Program-made: the position numbers and the translations under genes
Notes under the pieces: model-generated
Database searches by the model: none
What the model saw: the letters and a program-made list of their open reading frames with translations, nothing else
What the model was told of the DNA's origin: nothing
Shown here: one piece after another, positions 36,824-46,532 of the stretch
Layout: every line of letters begins with the position of its first letter
Numbering within the stretch: position 1 is the first letter of the stretch
Virus record (IMG/VR): IMGVR_UViG_3300037470_000672
Span: 111,907 to 175,906 of that record
Length of the DNA: 64,000 nucleotides
Reading direction: 5' to 3' (one strand)
DNA from: a virus

Positions 36824-37627
36824 TCAAAAAGGCGTTTCGTCCTCTTTGAGATCCGTGTGTTTGGTCGACTTGGTGTTGTCATCGCTGTCGTTGTTGCGGT
36901 CCCGTGGCGTGCTGTGACCGATGACGCGAGACTTGATCTCTGCCGGGCTGAGCGGCTTGAACAGCTCGAAGTAGTTGAAGGTGGGAACCTCGCGGAGCAA
37001 TGGCTTGGCCGTGTCGTCGTCGACGTGGCGCACAGCAAAGGTCTTCTTCAACTCCTTCATCTTCTCGTCGTCCTTCTCCGCCTCCTCGAACAAGTCCTTG
37101 AGCAACTTGCCCTTGTAGCTGACCTTCTCGAACATCTTCGATGTGTCGACGTCGCGATCGAAGTCGAAGTCGTCGCCGGTGTTGGGGCTCTTGCCGGAGG
37201 CGCGGGATACCGTGACCATCTTGCCCGTGAGGTTCCCCTTCGCCTCCTTCTTCATCTCCATTTTTTTGCGGACGACCCCCTTGGCGGGGAACAGCTCCAG
37301 ACCGTACTGGTGCACCTTGCCGTCCTTGTCGGTCCACGGCGTGCAGTTGACGACCGTGTACTGCCCGATCAGATCGGGCGACCCCAACTCCTTGAGCAAG
37401 AACTCGTAGGCCGCCGACTCGGCGCCGGGGTTCGTGAGCCAGTTCTTCCAGTCGCTACCGACACGGAACTGATGCTCGTAATAGAGGAAAGGCGAGTCGT
37501 CGACAAAGACGAGCGCCACCGACGACTCCGGTTTGAGCCACACACGGCGGGGGCCGTACTTGGACGCCTTCGCCGCACGATCGCGCTTCTCCAGATCGGA
37601 ATTGTACCCTGTGCTGTACCAGCTCAT
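36824..37627 (-). CDS. Probable single-stranded DNA-binding protein (gp32-like)
   Basis: RRVWLKPESSVALVFVDD, aromatic-rich core, acidic tail ending ETPF; next to primase. Confidence 0.65.
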   Translation of the reverse strand: MSWYSTGYNSDLEKRDRAAKASKYGPRRVWLKPESSVALVFVDDSPFLYYEHQFRVGSDWKNWLTNPGAESAAYEFLLKELGSPDLIGQYTVVNCTPWTDKDGKVHQYGLELFPAKGVVRKKMEMKKEAKGNLTGKMVTVSRASGKSPNTGDDFDFDRDVDTSKMFEKVSYKGKLLKDLFEEAEKDDEKMKELKKTFAVRHVDDDTAKPLLREVPTFNYFELFKPLSPAEIKSRVIGHSTPRDRNNDSDDNTKSTKHTDLKEDETPF

Positions 37628-37711
37628 GTGTTCTCCTTGTCGTGGCCGGAACCCCCGGCCTGTGACGTTTTTGGCATCGTGAGCAGAACCCCTGCTCATT
37701 GACGTAGCCGT

Positions 37712-37739
37712 ATCCTAAGGATTGTCGTCGGATTGTCAA
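37712..37739 (-). promoter_or_regulatory. sigma70-like promoter for SSB gene
   Basis: TTGACA-16-TAGGAT. Confidence 0.55.
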
Positions 37740-38818
37740 GAGCTTCGCTGAGGGGGTCCCAGATGCTCTATCAGGAAGGGCAGGGCCAGCTCGTCTGGGT
37801 CTACACCGTCTGGCGGATCGACCACTCGGGCACCCTTGCGCAAACGAGCCGAGAGTTTTTGCAGCGTACCGGAAATCTTCTTGACGCCGTGGGCTGTCGT
37901 CCGCTCAGACCCGTAGACCCCTTGTTTTCCCGCGTCGTCGCCGTCACGAACGATGACGACCTCATCAAACCAGCGCACCAACTTCTCCACCTGGAAGTCC
38001 GAGATGTAGGCGCCGAGGGTGGCGAGGCAGTTGACGTAACCGTGCTTCCAAAGCCCTGCGACATCAAACATACCCTCGACCAAGTAGCAGACGGGGTAGT
38101 CTTTGACGATCTTGTCCTCTCCGTAGAGGTACAAATCCCGTCGGAAACCCTTGGCGTGCAACCACTTCGGTTGCACCCCCCGAAGGATTGTACGCCCCGA
38201 GATATTGACGAGCTTGCCTTTGCAGTCACGCATGGGCACCACAATGCGCCTGTTTCTCGGGTGGAACCCGTACTCGAAAAACCGGATGGTGATCTCGTCT
38301 AGGTTCCTCTCCGGGCCGGTCAGGTAGCTCCAAGCCTCCTCCGGCAGGTCTCTCAACGGTCGCAAATCCTGCTCAGGGATGCCCGGTTTTTCATCCAGAT
38401 CGGCAAACATCTCCGCTTGAACCGCGAGCTTGTTGCTGACTTTGATACCTGCGACCTCTTTTGCGCCGCTAAAGTAGGCCGCCCTTCGTACTCTGTTCTG
38501 AATACGCTCCAGCGACGGCTGATTGCTGTGCCGTAGTAAACCTTGTAGCTGAGAATAGTCCTCTCCCGAGAATGACCGTAGCTGCCACAGCAGATCGTTG
38601 AACCCGCCGTACATAGGACCAACAGCGTTGCACGATTGACACTTGAAAAAACTCAGGTCGTTGGCCGCAATCTTGACCGCAAACGACGGCTTGGTGTCCG
38701 ATCTCTTTTTGTGGGTCCACTTAGAAAAAGGACAGTTACCTCGCACCCATTCCGGCCCGACCCTAACGTCCGCGCACCCTAACGTACGTAACGTTTTGAC
38801 GATGGTCTCAGCGTCCAT
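37736..38818 (-). CDS. DnaG-type primase
   Basis: Zn finger CPF..H..DTKPSF..CQSC; TOPRIM YLVEGMFDV and DGDDAG. Confidence 0.9.
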   Translation of the reverse strand: MDAETIVKTLRTLGCADVRVGPEWVRGNCPFSKWTHKKRSDTKPSFAVKIAANDLSFFKCQSCNAVGPMYGGFNDLLWQLRSFSGEDYSQLQGLLRHSNQPSLERIQNRVRRAAYFSGAKEVAGIKVSNKLAVQAEMFADLDEKPGIPEQDLRPLRDLPEEAWSYLTGPERNLDEITIRFFEYGFHPRNRRIVVPMRDCKGKLVNISGRTILRGVQPKWLHAKGFRRDLYLYGEDKIVKDYPVCYLVEGMFDVAGLWKHGYVNCLATLGAYISDFQVEKLVRWFDEVVIVRDGDDAGKQGVYGSERTTAHGVKKISGTLQKLSARLRKGARVVDPPDGVDPDELALPFLIEHLGPPQRSS

Positions 38819-39131
38819 CGGCGCTACCTTCCTGGGTACGCTGCCAAGCCTCAAATAGCCGATCGAATTCGGCCTGTTTTTGTGATGTGCCGGGGGAGTT
38901 ACGCTTCTTCCTCTCTAGGTCATGACCTTTGCCGGTCAAGCGTATCTGTTCAACAACCCCTTCCGCCTTTGAGGCGGGGGAAAGGTACCCGTACTTGACG
39001 AGATTGTCCCTGGCGATGCTGAAAGCGCTCTCGAACCGCGTAGCGCCGGCACCACTTAGACCCTTTCCCTTCTGGTAAATCGCCAGGGTATTGTGCTTGA
39101 GGCAAACCGGGATGTTGGGTGGTACGGCCAT
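38808..39131 (-). CDS. Hypothetical protein
   Basis: 107 aa ORF between helicase and primase. Confidence 0.5.
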   Translation of the reverse strand: MAVPPNIPVCLKHNTLAIYQKGKGLSGAGATRFESAFSIARDNLVKYGYLSPASKAEGVVEQIRLTGKGHDLERKKRNSPGTSQKQAEFDRLFEAWQRTQEGSADGR

Positions 39132-39146
39132 GTAGATCCTTTCACC

Positions 39147-40475
39147 TCAAAACAACTTGAGAATATCAGCATCCCCTGAGTCCCCAGAACTAGGCCCTGA
39201 TGGGGGTGATCCTCCACCTGACGGCCCAGCGGGACCACCTGGACCACCTGGCGGTGTGTGGGTGACCCTCTGACATTCGGAAAAGTCCATGCGCTCGAAG
39301 TCCCAGTGGCATTCGACCTCGAACATGTCACCTTCGCGAATCTTGAGCGGCTTGATCGACATCCGCCGCATCTTCTTCTGGCTGTCCGTACGCCCAAGCG
39401 CGTAGGCCGCGTCCGCGTTCCAGCCCGCAGCGTCGGTCTGAGCGATGTTTGCGATGTCAGGGTTCGCCGAGCTGACTTTCACCTGGCGATTGAACTGGGT
39501 TGTACCCAAGATGCCGATCTTGAAGCGCTTAGCTCCCCGCTTAAGGTCGTCGTACACGTTCGCCGCACGCTCGTTCTTTTTCTCAGATCGTTCGTCAGTC
39601 TTCAACAGGTAAAGCCCGTCGACGACCAAAAGGTCGGGCCTGAAATCATCCACGTAGGCCCACAGCGTCTCGACACGGAAGTCGAAGTCGCCGCCAACGA
39701 TCTGCCAGCGCTCGTCCTTCTGTAGCTCCGGTAGAGCGTCCTTCCAGCGTTGCTCCTCGAAAACACCCAACTCCCCGCGGCGCATCTTGCCGTAGTCGAG
39801 CTGGAGATGGATGGCTGTGAAGCGTAACGCGACCGCGAGCTGGGACATCTCGGTGGTGAGGAAGAGAACCTTCTTGCCCTGAAGCCAGGCTTCACGAGCG
39901 ATGAGGATGGCGGCGAAGCTCTTTCCTACCCCGCCGCGGGCCACGAAGAGGATGAGGTCTTCGGGCCAGATACCCATCGTGGTGTCGGTGATGGACGGCC
40001 ACGGGAAGGGTATACCGCGCTCGCCGTTTCGGATCCGTTCGTACCAGTCCTGACCGGACTCGCTCAGCCCGGGCAGTGACTGGAGGAGGGCATCACTGGT
40101 GTGCAGATAGTCATGGGTCTGCCGAGAGTTGGTGTACAGCAGGTCTACCGCTTGGCGCGGATCGCCGGCCAAAAGAGCCGTGTTCGCCTGGGAGATAACG
40201 TCCTGGCAAGCACCGAACGCATAGCGGTTGCGCAGCTCCCCCACCCAGAAATCGACCGGCTCGGTGACTGGGTCGAGCACGAGTCCAAGCCGCCCCTCAA
40301 CAGCGCCTACAGACGGCATGACCTGGTGTTTGGCGTAGAAGTCGATCACGAACGTGAACGCCGCGAGCCCGTCCCCTTCAAGAAGGTCAGCGCGAAAATT
40401 TTTGCGGACTATGTCTGCCAGCTTGTCCTTGTCCTCTTGCAGAAGCGAGAAAACAAAGGACTTGTCCAAGTCCAT
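39147..40475 (-). CDS. dnaB: Replicative helicase, DnaB family
   Basis: FVARGGVGKS, FLTTEM, LLVVDGLYLL, TQFNR, KIREG. Confidence 0.9.
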   Translation of the reverse strand: MDLDKSFVFSLLQEDKDKLADIVRKNFRADLLEGDGLAAFTFVIDFYAKHQVMPSVGAVEGRLGLVLDPVTEPVDFWVGELRNRYAFGACQDVISQANTALLAGDPRQAVDLLYTNSRQTHDYLHTSDALLQSLPGLSESGQDWYERIRNGERGIPFPWPSITDTTMGIWPEDLILFVARGGVGKSFAAILIAREAWLQGKKVLFLTTEMSQLAVALRFTAIHLQLDYGKMRRGELGVFEEQRWKDALPELQKDERWQIVGGDFDFRVETLWAYVDDFRPDLLVVDGLYLLKTDERSEKKNERAANVYDDLKRGAKRFKIGILGTTQFNRQVKVSSANPDIANIAQTDAAGWNADAAYALGRTDSQKKMRRMSIKPLKIREGDMFEVECHWDFERMDFSECQRVTHTPPGGPGGPAGPSGGGSPPSGPSSGDSGDADILKLF

Positions 40476-41104
40476 CAGGCGCCCCCGTCCAGAAGTTGCT
40501 GGGCTTTTTGCTCCTCCAGCGCACGCAAGTTGTGCCCTTCTACAATCAGGAAAGGCATTTTGTAGCGCGAGCGGCCAAGGATCCCCGGAAAGACCTCCTC
40601 CACCTGGCGTTGCGACATCTGCGTTGTCACCACCGTAGGACGCTGGTGAGAAGCCCGCAGCGCTAAGAAACTGGAAAGCGCAGTAGCCCCGAATACGGGA
40701 TTTGTGGCGTCTTGGGAGGTTAGGTCGTCAAGCGCCAAGAAGCAGACTTCCTGCGCCCGGATCAGCGCAGGCTGGTCATCCTCGTATGCACGCCGATGCC
40801 GGATGTCTTCCTGTAGCTGGGCGACAGATACGAACCGCGCGTCGAATCGATGAGCGAAGGCCACCTTGGTCAGCAGAGCAGCGATGCCCGACTTACCAAC
40901 CCCTGGGGGGCCAAAGACCCACATCCCCATCCCCTTGCACAACCACGGCACGGCGTTGTGGACGAATCGTTCGACCTTGCTCCGGACGGACTCCTGCACC
41001 CCAGCGAGCTGACAGTGCCACAGGTCGTGCGGGACGCAGATGAACTGGTAATCGCTCTCGTCGAGCTGGCGGCGAGCGTGCAGGTCTGCTGGGTCGTACA
41101 TCAT
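40475..41104 (-). CDS. DnaC/IstB-like AAA+ helicase loader
   Basis: FGPPGVGKS, FLALDDL, PTVVTTQ; between initiator and DnaB. Confidence 0.85.
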   Translation of the reverse strand: MMYDPADLHARRQLDESDYQFICVPHDLWHCQLAGVQESVRSKVERFVHNAVPWLCKGMGMWVFGPPGVGKSGIAALLTKVAFAHRFDARFVSVAQLQEDIRHRRAYEDDQPALIRAQEVCFLALDDLTSQDATNPVFGATALSSFLALRASHQRPTVVTTQMSQRQVEEVFPGILGRSRYKMPFLIVEGHNLRALEEQKAQQLLDGGA

Positions 41105-41129
41105 CCCCCACCCTCCGGGTCGTACATCA

Positions 41130-42734
41130 TCAGCTAACCTCCAGCTTCTCCTTGGCCTGCTTCACAGCCTCCACAAGCCGCGGACGCTCCTCTGAGAGGA
41201 ATCCGTAGGGGTTGGCCTCATCCCAGGCATCCAGAGCCGCCTGAGCCGCCTCCAGCTCGCGCTGAGCTTGGATCGTGACCGAGCTGAGATTCGCCTGCTG
41301 CGCCTGTACCAAAATCTGATCGTGGAACTTCACGAGGAAACCGAGCGTGGGCACACCCAACGTAGACTTCTTCGGGAAAAACGCCCCGTGGATCGTGCGC
41401 CACTGGCACACGAGGTACATAACCCCCTTCTCGACCACGTCCTTGCTGTAGCCGTAGCCCTTCTCGGGGCTGATGAGCTTGTTGAGCATGCCCAGCTCCT
41501 TGACCTCCCACTTGGGCACCTCGACCTCCGGGAACAACTCGCGGAAGTTGGGCTCCCAGACCTCACGCCAGAGCCGCTGCGCCCAGCCGCGAACCTTGGG
41601 CGGGCCTTTGGACTGGAGATTCGCCATCCGCTGCTCTCTGGCCTGCGCACGCCGTGCGTTCTCGCTCACCTGGGTTTTAGCCTTATGCCGCGCCGCGCCG
41701 ATCACAGCGTCAATCGCCGCTTTGTTTGATCCTTGACGCGCCATGTCGGAGTCCTCCTCTTCTTCCGCCCCCTGAAGGGCCTGTGTCGCATGCTGGTACT
41801 GGTCCTGACGCATAGCGTCATCAACGCAACTGGTATTTCCCACGAGAACGGGCGGCGCCGTAGGCGCCTGGTCTTCTGTGTCTTGACCCGTGAGGTTCGT
41901 GAGGTTCGTGGTTTCTTGTGGGATTTCACCCACCCCCCTCACGGCGAAGCTATCCGATGTGTGAGCCGGCGACAGCCGGCCAATTCGCATCCTTTGGATG
42001 GCGTCTTCTTGGGGAGTGTCTTCGTTATTCTCGTTTGTTTTATGAATGACCGCCCGGTCAGAACTTTCCTGACCGGGCGGACAGAACTCGGATGACCGGG
42101 CGGTCACACGATGGCTGACCGGACGGTCACTGGTCTCCGAAGGGGGCGTGACGCAGACGACACGTCCCCCTGACGTAAAGACCACCTCTGGGTGCAGCAT
42201 TCGGCGGGGTACTTGCGGACCCTTCCCAAAGAAAGGATCGTCCCCCCGATCAGCAAGTATTCCGATCGACCATAGATTGGTAACAGCCTTGCAAAGAGGA
42301 GACAGGTCCCACACAGAGGACCGCTTGCGACCGTTTTTCGGGTTGGGGTCGGGCGTTCCCTTTTTTCTCCAATAAGCTGCACGCTTTTGTTGAGCCTGAG
42401 GGTCTGTGGAGGCTTTGAAAGCGCGCTTGTTGCGTATAAGGTACCCTTTCTCTTCCAGAGATGCTGCGGCGCGGTGAACGGACCTGGGATCGCATCGGCA
42501 GTAGCGTGCGATCCTACCAATGCTGACATACGAGTAGTTTTTGTTGCCGTGGGCGTGCATGCCGATACACAGGAGAAGTTCAAGCTCCACCCTGGTGTGG
42601 CACATGTACCCGAGTGCCATAGTAACCAAGTTGGGCCAGCTCTGGAAAAACCCAACGAAAGGTTCCGCACACCAACTCGTCATGTGGACGTAGTCGTCAT
42701 TCTCGTTCGCATTCTTCTTTACTGTGCGTGCCAT
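41130..42734 (-). CDS. Replication initiator (lambda O/DnaD-like, N-terminal wHTH)
   Basis: YSYVSIGRIARYCRCDPRSVHRAAASLEEKGYL; internal iterons; upstream of loader. Confidence 0.75.
   Translation of the reverse strand: MARTVKKNANENDDYVHMTSWCAEPFVGFFQSWPNLVTMALGYMCHTRVELELLLCIGMHAHGNKNYSYVSIGRIARYCRCDPRSVHRAAASLEEKGYLIRNKRAFKASTDPQAQQKRAAYWRKKGTPDPNPKNGRKRSSVWDLSPLCKAVTNLWSIGILADRGDDPFFGKGPQVPRRMLHPEVVFTSGGRVVCVTPPSETSDRPVSHRVTARSSEFCPPGQESSDRAVIHKTNENNEDTPQEDAIQRMRIGRLSPAHTSDSFAVRGVGEIPQETTNLTNLTGQDTEDQAPTAPPVLVGNTSCVDDAMRQDQYQHATQALQGAEEEEDSDMARQGSNKAAIDAVIGAARHKAKTQVSENARRAQAREQRMANLQSKGPPKVRGWAQRLWREVWEPNFRELFPEVEVPKWEVKELGMLNKLISPEKGYGYSKDVVEKGVMYLVCQWRTIHGAFFPKKSTLGVPTLGFLVKFHDQILVQAQQANLSSVTIQAQRELEAAQAALDAWDEANPYGFLSEERPRLVEAVKQAKEKLEVS
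42021..42129. other. Probable replication origin: four iterons plus AT-rich tract
   Basis: TGACCG-NN-CGGTCA at 42047, 42070 (one mismatch), 42093, 42116 (exact 23-bp period); AT-rich 42021-42046. Confidence 0.75.
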
Positions 42735-42742
42735 CGGTTCTC

Positions 42743-43309
42743 CTAGTACCGGCGCGGGCCGGGGACTATCCCTTGAGCGTCCCAGGTGTCGGGATCGGTT
42801 TTGTAGAAGGGGGCGATCTCGCCGACCGGCCAATATTCGGCCTCGCCGTCGCTGACGATCGGCTCTCTAAGAAGTTCGGGTGGAGCATCCTTTAGACGCT
42901 CGTGATAGCGCTCGTAGAAGCGTTCCAGCTTCTTGGCGTACTCAGTCTCTTCGCGGTACGCCTGCCACAGAAGCACAAGCAGCGGGGATAGGTCCCATTT
43001 GTTCCCGACGGGATACCCCATGTCGTAGCGATCCCAGTCCTCAGCGATTACGTACTGAGAAACCACTCGTATAAGTCCTTTATCCACAAGACTTTTTTTC
43101 CATCGATAAAGAGTTCGGGTCCCTACTCCGAGGGCGCCTGCGATCTCTCTGTAGTCGATGCGAGGTGGGCCTGGGTCATGCCACGCCAGGATGTACATGA
43201 GGAAGGTCGCTTCTTGGGGAGTGATGCCCAGCCGCCAGATTGCGAGCGGTAGCATCTTGCGTGCCCAATCCAACGACCCGCTCACGGTGATCTCCAGATA
43301 GACCCCCAC
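42743..43309 (-). CDS. Winged-HTH DNA-binding protein
   Basis: YREIAGALGVGTRTLYRWKKSLVDKGLI. Confidence 0.75.
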   Translation of the reverse strand: MGVYLEITVSGSLDWARKMLPLAIWRLGITPQEATFLMYILAWHDPGPPRIDYREIAGALGVGTRTLYRWKKSLVDKGLIRVVSQYVIAEDWDRYDMGYPVGNKWDLSPLLVLLWQAYREETEYAKKLERFYERYHERLKDAPPELLREPIVSDGEAEYWPVGEIAPFYKTDPDTWDAQGIVPGPRRY

Positions 43310-43678
43310 CCGCCGCCGCGTCTAACCAAGACGGCGGCGGTTGGGGAGCAAACTAGACAAGGTCCCTAGCTCGCAAATCGATTGTCGAGAGGTGGTTAGA
43401 CTTCTCGATTGACCACGTACACCTACAAAGAGTTGGGGGGACGATCAAGAAAATTCGACCGACCGTCCCCGCCGGATAGAGGGCACGCCCGTCTGCAAAG
43501 TTTCTCCGATACCTAAGCTAAACAGAGAATACCGTCGGATCTGTTCGGTTTTCGATCCTGCGGTCCCACCAAGCCGAGCGCTTGACGTACCCTTGCAAGT
43601 GGGCCAGGCTATCGTTAAACACACGCATCGGGCACACACCCCGCCCCGATCACAAGATCAACAAAGGACAAAATCAGA

Positions 43679-44131
43679 ATGGCCACCAAGAAGAAGACCG
43701 CAAAGAAGACCGCCAAGAAGACCGGTCGGTCGCCGGGTGCGACGACGTACAAGGACGTGCAGACCGCATTCGCTTTCGGTGGTATCGAGGCTGTGAAGGC
43801 TATGAACGCACACCCCCGAACCATCGCCAAAGCGCACCAAGGGCTCATCACGGCCGTCGCCGCCGGGTCGCTCAATCTCCGAGCCGACCACAACCTCGAC
43901 GATCTCGCCGCGCTGATCCCTGAAGCGAAGCACGGTCGTCGGGCACCGGCGGTCGGCGAGACCCGCGACTACAAGGTGCAAAAGATCAAGGACGCTCCCG
44001 TCTTCCTGCGCCTCGCCCTCTTCAACCTCGGCGTGAAGAAGGGACAAGTGGTTTCGGTGACCTTCGAGGAGGATGAGATCCGCGTACGCCGCAAAGGCGC
44101 GGGCCTGCGCGCGGTCACCGAAGCGGCCTGA
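43679..44131 (+). CDS. Basic-tailed protein with C-terminal AbrB/MazE-like domain
   Basis: K-rich N-term; LRLALFNLGVKKGQVVSVTFEEDEIRVRR; paralog at 46862. Confidence 0.6.
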   Translation: MATKKKTAKKTAKKTGRSPGATTYKDVQTAFAFGGIEAVKAMNAHPRTIAKAHQGLITAVAAGSLNLRADHNLDDLAALIPEAKHGRRAPAVGETRDYKVQKIKDAPVFLRLALFNLGVKKGQVVSVTFEEDEIRVRRKGAGLRAVTEAA

Positions 44132-44150
44132 TCTGCGAGCATGCGGCAAC

Positions 44151-44166
44151 CCGCCCGTACGGGCGG
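44151..44166. repeat. Palindrome family B core
   Basis: CCGCCCGTACGGGCGG between convergent genes. Confidence 0.9.
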
Positions 44167-44205
44167 ACCGGCGAGCGCGCTGTACTCTCTAGAGAGTACC
44201 CCTGA

Positions 44206-44337
44206 CTATGTATGGTAGCGCTCGCCGGTCAGGACGTTGACGACGTCGACGAGGTACCAGCCCGACCCGGAGTGGTGATCCCCCTCGATGAACGTGATGG
44301 CGGTGATCACGCCCTTGGTGTTGAAGCGCTTGGGCAT
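44206..44337 (-). CDS. Small 43 aa protein (below ORF-track cutoff)
   Basis: GAGGAGG RBS then MPKRFNTKGVITAITFIEGDHHSGSGWYLVDVVNVLTGERYHT*. Confidence 0.6.
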   Translation of the reverse strand: MPKRFNTKGVITAITFIEGDHHSGSGWYLVDVVNVLTGERYHT

Positions 44338-44355
44338 ATCAGTCCTCCTCAGCAT

Positions 44356-44625
44356 CTAGCGGCCCTGGAGAACCGCGGCGCGCGCCATGAAGATGGCCGC
44401 GATTCGGGCCTGGACGGCCGAGCCGAACACCGCCGGCACCTGGAGCGCAGCAGCCCCGCGGCGGTGGGCCTTGTCCGCGTGGGTGATGGCCTTCGCCATG
44501 TTCTCGGCGAAGCGAATGGCCTTCGCCGAGCTGCCGCACGCGCGGCCGTAGATGCTCTTGGAGATGCGGCTGATGTCCTTGGACTCGGGGATGCGGTTCA
44601 TGTCGGGCTCCTTTTCGTCGAGCAC
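44356..44625 (-). CDS. Hypothetical Ala-rich protein
   Basis: Downstream of a strong promoter. Confidence 0.55.
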   Translation of the reverse strand: MLDEKEPDMNRIPESKDISRISKSIYGRACGSSAKAIRFAENMAKAITHADKAHRRGAAALQVPAVFGSAVQARIAAIFMARAAVLQGR

Positions 44626-44642
44626 CCTTGCTCGATGTCCAC

Positions 44643-44671
44643 ATCGTAACAGATCACTTTTCGATTGTCAA
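44643..44671 (-). promoter_or_regulatory. sigma70-like promoter with AAGTGATC box
   Basis: TTGACA-ATCGAAAAGTGATCTGT(17)-TACGAT. Confidence 0.8.
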
Positions 44672-44915
44672 CAATAGGAAGACTTCAGATCCGCAGATCT
44701 GTGAGGTATGTCACTTCAGCGATCTTTCTTGGGGCGGCCCTAGAAGTTGGGCGGCCAGAAGCTCCGCTCTCGCTCTGCCAGGACGGCATTGAGGAGCCGT
44801 GTGGCTTCTTCCTGCGACACGCCGATCTCACTGGCGGCAACCAACAGAGACAGGTGCAGCGCGTCGCGAGATAGGGTGTGGCGCACGAGCTGCCGGGTGA
44901 AGGCTACGAGCAGCT

Positions 44916-45176
44916 CTACGGAGACGGGCGCGGGGCTGGCTTGCCCAGGCGGATCATGTCTTGCCGGGTGCTGTTCAGGGACGAGCAGCATCCCGCCCCG
45001 ATCGCCAGCGGCTCTTTCAGCTCCGGATCTTTCATCACTTCGCCGCACCAGTACCTCCCTTGGCGCTCGTCGTAGACGAGGGACGGACACGGAGCGATCG
45101 GTCCGTGTAGCTGCATTCCGAGTACGCAAGGGGCTTTCGAGCAGCAGTAACCGCTACCTACACAAGGTGCGACCAC
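44916..45176 (-). CDS. Small Cys-rich protein
   Basis: PCVGSGYCCSKAPC..CPSL..WCG..GAGCCSSLN. Confidence 0.6.
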   Translation of the reverse strand: MVAPCVGSGYCCSKAPCVLGMQLHGPIAPCPSLVYDERQGRYWCGEVMKDPELKEPLAIGAGCCSSLNSTRQDMIRLGKPAPRPSP

Positions 45177-46362
45177 TACGTCATCTCGGCGCGAATGACC
45201 TCCAACCGCTGGTCGATCAGTGATTGGAGTTTCTTGCCCGCAGCGTGATGTTCTGCACTTTCAGCGATCATATGGCGCCGCCTGTACTTCACTCGGAGGA
45301 TGTGCTCCAGGACCCCTCCCTCAGTCGGACGAGAGGCACCGAGCGTGAAAAAATCCGCGGCGTCGAGCAGGTTCAAGGTCTCGGTCAACAGAATGATCTC
45401 GCGAAAATCCATGTGAAGCGGTCCCATCTCTAATTCCTCTCCTTCGCACCCGCGGGGGCGTGGTGCGGGAGCCGATCCCCGCGTTGGCTGGTGCCGGGTG
45501 ATGCGCCCGCCCGGCAAGCGGTCAGTCGTCGTCGATCACGGCCTGGAGATCGGCTCCTCGATCGGTCAGCCACTGCCGGATCGTCGGGTCCGTATCCCCA
45601 TCGCCGACGAGCACCTCGTCGAGGACGTCCCGCCTGTCGGCCACGGCGACGAGATCGGCTACGGTCGTCGGCACCGGACACCGGAGCGCCGTCAGCAGCC
45701 TGTCGTACAGAGAAATTGTGGCCATGTTGGTCGTCATCGTCTTCTCCTGTGAGGGTTGTATCCGTCGTCGCAGCCCTCGTTGTAGAGGGCGTCATGTCGG
45801 CGCGCTTTTGCCGCCCGCGTCGCCGCCGCTCGCCGCTCTTCAGCGACCAGCTCGCCCCACACACCTTCGATGGAGGCAGGGACGACGACAGCGCCGAGCA
45901 GGCGATGCTCGGCAGGGTCTTTTCCCGCGGCCTGTACCACCTGGCGGCAGTTGTCGGGGATGGGCCGCAGGCGCGTCGACAGGCCCACGCTGACCGTCTT
46001 GCCGGCCGGTGTGATGATGGTCGCCAGCGATCCGGTCACGCGGATGATGTAGCCGGCGTGCTCGACCACGGCCCATCCCCGTCCGAGTGCGAACGTCTCG
46101 ATCATTTTACATCCCCTGTTTATCGGCGCCGGTGAGGTCAGCAGAGAAGGGCTCGGCCGGCATCGGTGATCTCGGCCGTTTGTGCGTCCCCCGTTCGGCG
46201 GAGCGTCACAAGGCCGCGATCGGCCAGGGACTGCGCCGTGCGATACCAGGCGCTGGCCACTCGCCCCGCGTTCCTGCCTCCCGTAAAGGGGGTTCGGTCG
46301 CCACCGGCCTGGGCAGCGGCGAGGAGCAGCTTTTGTTGTGGAGCGCTTAGCTTCGTGGTCAT
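45176..46362 (-). other. Cluster of four small hypothetical ORFs (45176-, 45522-45737, 45734-46105, 46138-46362)
   Basis: Tightly coupled short ORFs downstream of promoter 46389-46417. Confidence 0.5.
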
Positions 46363-46388
46363 GGTGAAACTCCCGGTCGACTGAAACC

Positions 46389-46417
46389 AGTCTAGGAGAT
46401 CACTTCAGCACTGTCAA
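46389..46417 (-). promoter_or_regulatory. sigma70-like promoter with AAGTGATC box
   Basis: TTGACA-GTGCTGAAGTGATCTCC(17)-TAGACT. Confidence 0.8.
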
Positions 46418-46532
46418 GCGGTAGGTTGCTGATCCAGATCAGGTTCTACCCACGCGGTAACCAGCTCACCGGGCGCCAACCTCCAGATAGCTGCGGCCAG
46501 GGTGATCTTTTCTTGTGGCGTGATCTGTACAA

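Noticed and set aside
41890-41910. 9-bp tandem repeat GTGAGGTTC in the initiator linker
   Set aside because: Only two and a third copies encoding TNLTNLT in a low-complexity linker.
43310-43678. Large intergenic region as origin or ncRNA
   Set aside because: One imperfect hairpin and weak promoter-like hexamers only; better origin candidate lies at 42021-42129.
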